From Centroscyllium fabricii (Eukaryota): a stretch of DNA of 64,000 nt. The stretch spans positions 389,360,001-389,424,000 of the forward strand of contig JBNRSN020000001.1 in the NCBI GenBank assembly GCA_051313645.2, written 5' to 3'. Made by a program: the position numbers and the translations under genes. Below, piece by piece: positions 60,036 through 64,000 of this stretch (within the stretch, counting starts at the first letter, position 1; every line of letters starts with the position of its first letter). The notes under the pieces are model-generated. The model was given only the letters and a program-made list of their open reading frames with translations, did not search any database and was not told the DNA's origin.

Positions 60036-63000
60036 TGTGGTAACCGTAATTACCAGTATATATATATATGGATGTGTTCACCTGCAGCTCTGTACATTGT
60101 GTGTATATATATGGATGTATTCACCTCCAACTCTGTACATTGTATGTAAGGCCAGGTCAGCCACACCTCTAACTCCTCCCCTCAGGTGGGAGCTTATAGG
60201 TGAGGGCCGCCCTGCCCCCACTCATTCTCGCCTTGAACTCGACAGGAGACTAGCTCCATTGTAAGTGAATAAAAGCCTGTAGTTTGGGTAACTACTCGTC
60301 TTTCGTGTTTTGATTGACGATACGTCAATTTTATTCAGTTAAATTTAAAACATGGAGAGTAATGCAGTGAAACCGGATCGCCTCGATATCAATCCTCAGG
60401 CACCCGATGTTGCTAACAACTTTGAACACTGGTTCGGCCTGGTCGAGGCCGACATGAAGGCCGTAAAGGCAACAAGTGATGAGGACAAACTCCAGGTACT
60501 CTCATCACGGATCAGCGGCCGGGTGTATTCCTTTATCCGGGGCCTCAAGACGTACGGGGAAGCGGTGAAAAAAACTAAAGGACTGCTACATGCGCCCGGC
60601 CCACTCGGTCTACGCCAGGCATGTTCTGGCGACCAGACGACAGCGACTCGTTGAGTCCAATGAACAATTCTTATTGGCGCTTCAAGCCCTCGCACGGGCC
60701 TGCGACTGCCAGCCAAGGACGGCGGAGGAGGAAGCGAACCTCCTAATACGGGATGCATATGTGGCTGGACTCAGGTCCAGCCAGGCCCGGCAGCGGCTGC
60801 TGGAGCAGGACACTCTGTCGCTCGAGGCCGCAATAACCCTTTCAAATGCGGTGGATGGGGCGCTCCGAAAGCTGGAGGCATATGGAGACCACGGCCCACA
60901 CGATACCCCTGACCCCTGGGCGGCACCGCGACAGGCCGAAACCCCCACGTTGGCAGCGGCAGCTGCGAAGACACCGGCGGGGCACAAATGATACTTCTGC
61001 GGCCAGGGGAAGCACCCGCGGGCACAGTGCCCCGCGAGGAACGCGACCTGCGAGCGGTGCGTGAAGAAGGGGCACTACGCGAGGGTGTGCAAGTCCAGCC
61101 CAGCATTCAGCTCCAGACCCAACAGCGCGGCCTGCGAAAACAGCGATGCCATTCCATGGCCTAAGGAACAGTGTTGCAGCGCGACCCAGCAGCGGTCAGC
61201 CGGGGGTAAATTGCGGGCGCCTCAGTCCACCCTAACTGAACGGCGGAGGCCAGCCGCACGCGCGGCATGGGCGCCGCCACTCCAAAAGCGACAGCGGCCG
61301 GCCATATGCGACCCCCGGCGCCGCCATCTTGTCCACCAAGGTACGCCGCGTGCGAACCACGGGCACCGCCATCTTATCCTCAGCGGTCGGCCATGTGCGA
61401 CCCACGGCGCCGCCATCTTGTCCACCGCGGTCGGCCACGTGCGAACCACGGGCGCCGCCATCTTATCCTCAAAGGTCGGCCATTTGCGACCCCCCGGCGC
61501 TGCCATCTTGCCCCTCGCGGGCGGCCGCGTGCGAACCACGGGCGCTGCCATCTTGTCCACCACGGTCCGCCGCGTGCGAACCACGGGCGCCGCCATCTTA
61601 TCCACCGAGGTCGGCCGCGTGCGAACCACGGGCGCCGCCATCTTGTCCACAGCAGCCGGACTCGAGCGCATTGCCAGCGCCGCCATCTTACGAGCGGCCA
61701 TCTTGCCAACTGCCCCAGCCGGGGCCCCAGCTAGCGGAGTGCCCCCACTCACACACATACACCTCGGCCTCAGCCACTGTCGATCAGGCTAGGCCGCACA
61801 CCCTGTCCAATTCCATGATGGGGATTAAGGTGGACGGGCACGTCACTAACTGCCTGTTCGACACCGGTAGCACAGAGAGCTTTATACACCCCGACACAGA
61901 GCGGCGCTACGCACTGCGGACCCAGCCCACGCACTACCAAATCTCCCTTGCCTCAAAGTCCCACACAGCGGACGTCACCGGCTACTGCAGCGTCACGCTC
62001 ACGATCAGGGACTGCGTTTATCGCAACTTTAAGTTGTACATCCTCCAGCTGTTGTGCGCCCCAGTCTTACTGGGACTGGATTTCCAGTGCCACTTGAAGA
62101 GCGTGACAATGGATTTCGGTGGAACCCTGGCCCCCCTCACCGCCAGTAGCGGGACAATCCCTACTTAAAGCGGAGCTCGACTTGCGGCCTGTCCACCTTA
62201 AAAGTCGACCCCCCCTCACTGTTCGCCAACCTCGACCCCAAATGCAAGCCCATTGCTACTAAGAGTTGGCGTTACAGTGCAGGGGTCCGGGCGTTTATCA
62301 GGTCGGAAGTCGGGCGTATGCTGCAAGAGGGGATCATTGAGGCCAGCACCAGCCCTTGGCGGGCCCAGGTCATAATGGTTAAGACGGGCGAGAAACTGCG
62401 CATGGTCATTGACTATAGCCAGACGATTAACCGCTACACCGGGCTCGACGCCTCCCCCCTCCCCCGCATCTCGGATATGGTAAACCAGATCGCCCAGTAC
62501 AAGGTCTTTTCAACAATCGACCTTAGGTTGGCGTATCACCAACTCCCCATCCGGAAATCTGACCGCCAGTACACCGCCTTCGAGGCGAACGGCCGGCTCT
62601 ACCACTTCCTCTGGGTCCCCTTCGGCGTGACCAACGGAGTGTCGGTGTTCCAGAGGGAGATGGACCGTATGGTTGACCAGAACGGGTTGCAGGCCACCTT
62701 CCCCTACCTGGACAACATGACCATCTGCGGCCACGACCAGCGGGACCACGATGCCAACCTCGCCAAATTACTGCACAAGGTGAAACGGCTGGATCTCACG
62801 TACAATAAAGACAAATGTGTCTTTAGTACGGATCGGCTCGCTATCCTCGGATACGTGGTGGAAAACGGGGTCCTCGGCCCCGACCCACAGCGTATGCGCC
62901 CTTTACAAGAGCTGCCCTTACCTCACAACCCCAAAGCCCTGAGGAGATGTCTAGGGTTCTTTTCTTATTTCGTGCAATGGGTCCCCCAGTATGCGGATAA

Positions 63001-64000
63001 GGCCAGACCGCTCCTCAAGGCCGACGTCTTCCCCTCTCGGAAGACGACCAAACGGCATTCGCCCAGATTAAGGAAGACATCATCAAGGCAACCATGCACG
63101 CCGTTGATGAGTCCATCCCTTTCCAGGTGGAGAGTGACGCTTCGGACTTCACCCTTGCCGCCACCCTGAACCAGGCAGGCCCGTAGCGTTTTTCTCCCGG
63201 ACCCTACAGGGACCCGAAACTCGCCACTCAGCAGTGGAAAAGGAGGCCCAGGCCATCGTGGAGGCAGTGCGCTACTGGCGTCATTAACTGGCCGGTAAGC
63301 GTTTTTCCCTGCTCACCACCCAACGGTCGGTAGCGTTTATGTTTAATAATAAACAACGGGGTAAAATCAAGAATGATAAGATCCTGCGGTGGCGGATCGA
63401 GCTCTCGACTTACGAGTACGACATTCTTTACCGTCCAGGCAAACTCAACGAACCCCCGGACGCACTGTCCAGGGGAACGAGCACCAGCGCCCAGCTGAAG
63501 GCCCTCCACGATCGTCTCTGCCACCCGGGTGTCACCAGACTTGCCCACTTCGTCAAATCCCGTAGCCTCCTCTACTCCATCACGGAGATAAAGGCTATGG
63601 CTAAAGAGTGCCCTGTCTGTGCCGAGTGCAAACCCCAATTTTACAGGCCAGACACGGCGCACATCATCAAGGCCACCCGCCCCTTTGAACGCCTGAGCGT
63701 GGACTTCAAAAACCCCCTCCCCTCCACTGACCGCAACTCGTATTTCCTCACGGTCATAGACGAGTTCTCACGCTTCCCCTTCGCCTTCCCCTGCCCAGAC
63801 ATGACGAGCGCAACGGTGATCAAACACTTCACCACGCTGTTCGCCATTTTCGGTCTCCCCAGCTACATCCATAGCGACCGGGGGTCGTCGTTCATGAGCG
63901 ACGAACTGCGTCAGTTTCTGCTTCAGAAAGGGGTTGCCTCAAGCAGAACGACCAGTTACAACCCCCGGGGGAACGGCCAGGTAGAAAGGGAGAACGGGAC
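60036..64000 (+). mobile_element. Ty3/Gypsy element D (family B/C/D), cut by window end
   Basis: 5' LTR 60036-60327 (TGTGGTAACC...TACGTCA); gag ATG at 60352; frameshifted gag, protease, RT (YLDN), RNase H and integrase. Confidence 0.95.

Overview
Eukaryotic, almost entirely repeat-derived DNA, most likely from a cartilaginous fish (SacSINE1/DeuSINE-type SINE, shark-type CR1 tails). No host gene could be supported. 1-21 kb: mosaic of LINE fragments, tRNA-SINEs, MITEs and a Penelope-like foldback. 21.4-27.7 kb: apparently intact two-gene PIF/Harbinger transposon plus an abutting non-autonomous relative. 27.9-33.4 kb: full-length Ty3/Gypsy element with a solo LTR in its integrase. 34.5-59.7 kb: 43-bp satellite array holding three LTR elements, CR1s, RTE-X-like and Vingi-like fragments and a 5S-derived SINE. 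A further Gypsy copy runs off the window end. Top observation: three diverged copies of one Gypsy family lack a tRNA primer-binding site. Each instead has a 13-nt segment complementary to the poly(A)-signal region of its own LTR, with compensatory changes between copies. This suggests self-priming and/or 5' poly(A) occlusion. All coordinates and alignments were read by eye; family names come from motif recognition, not database searches.
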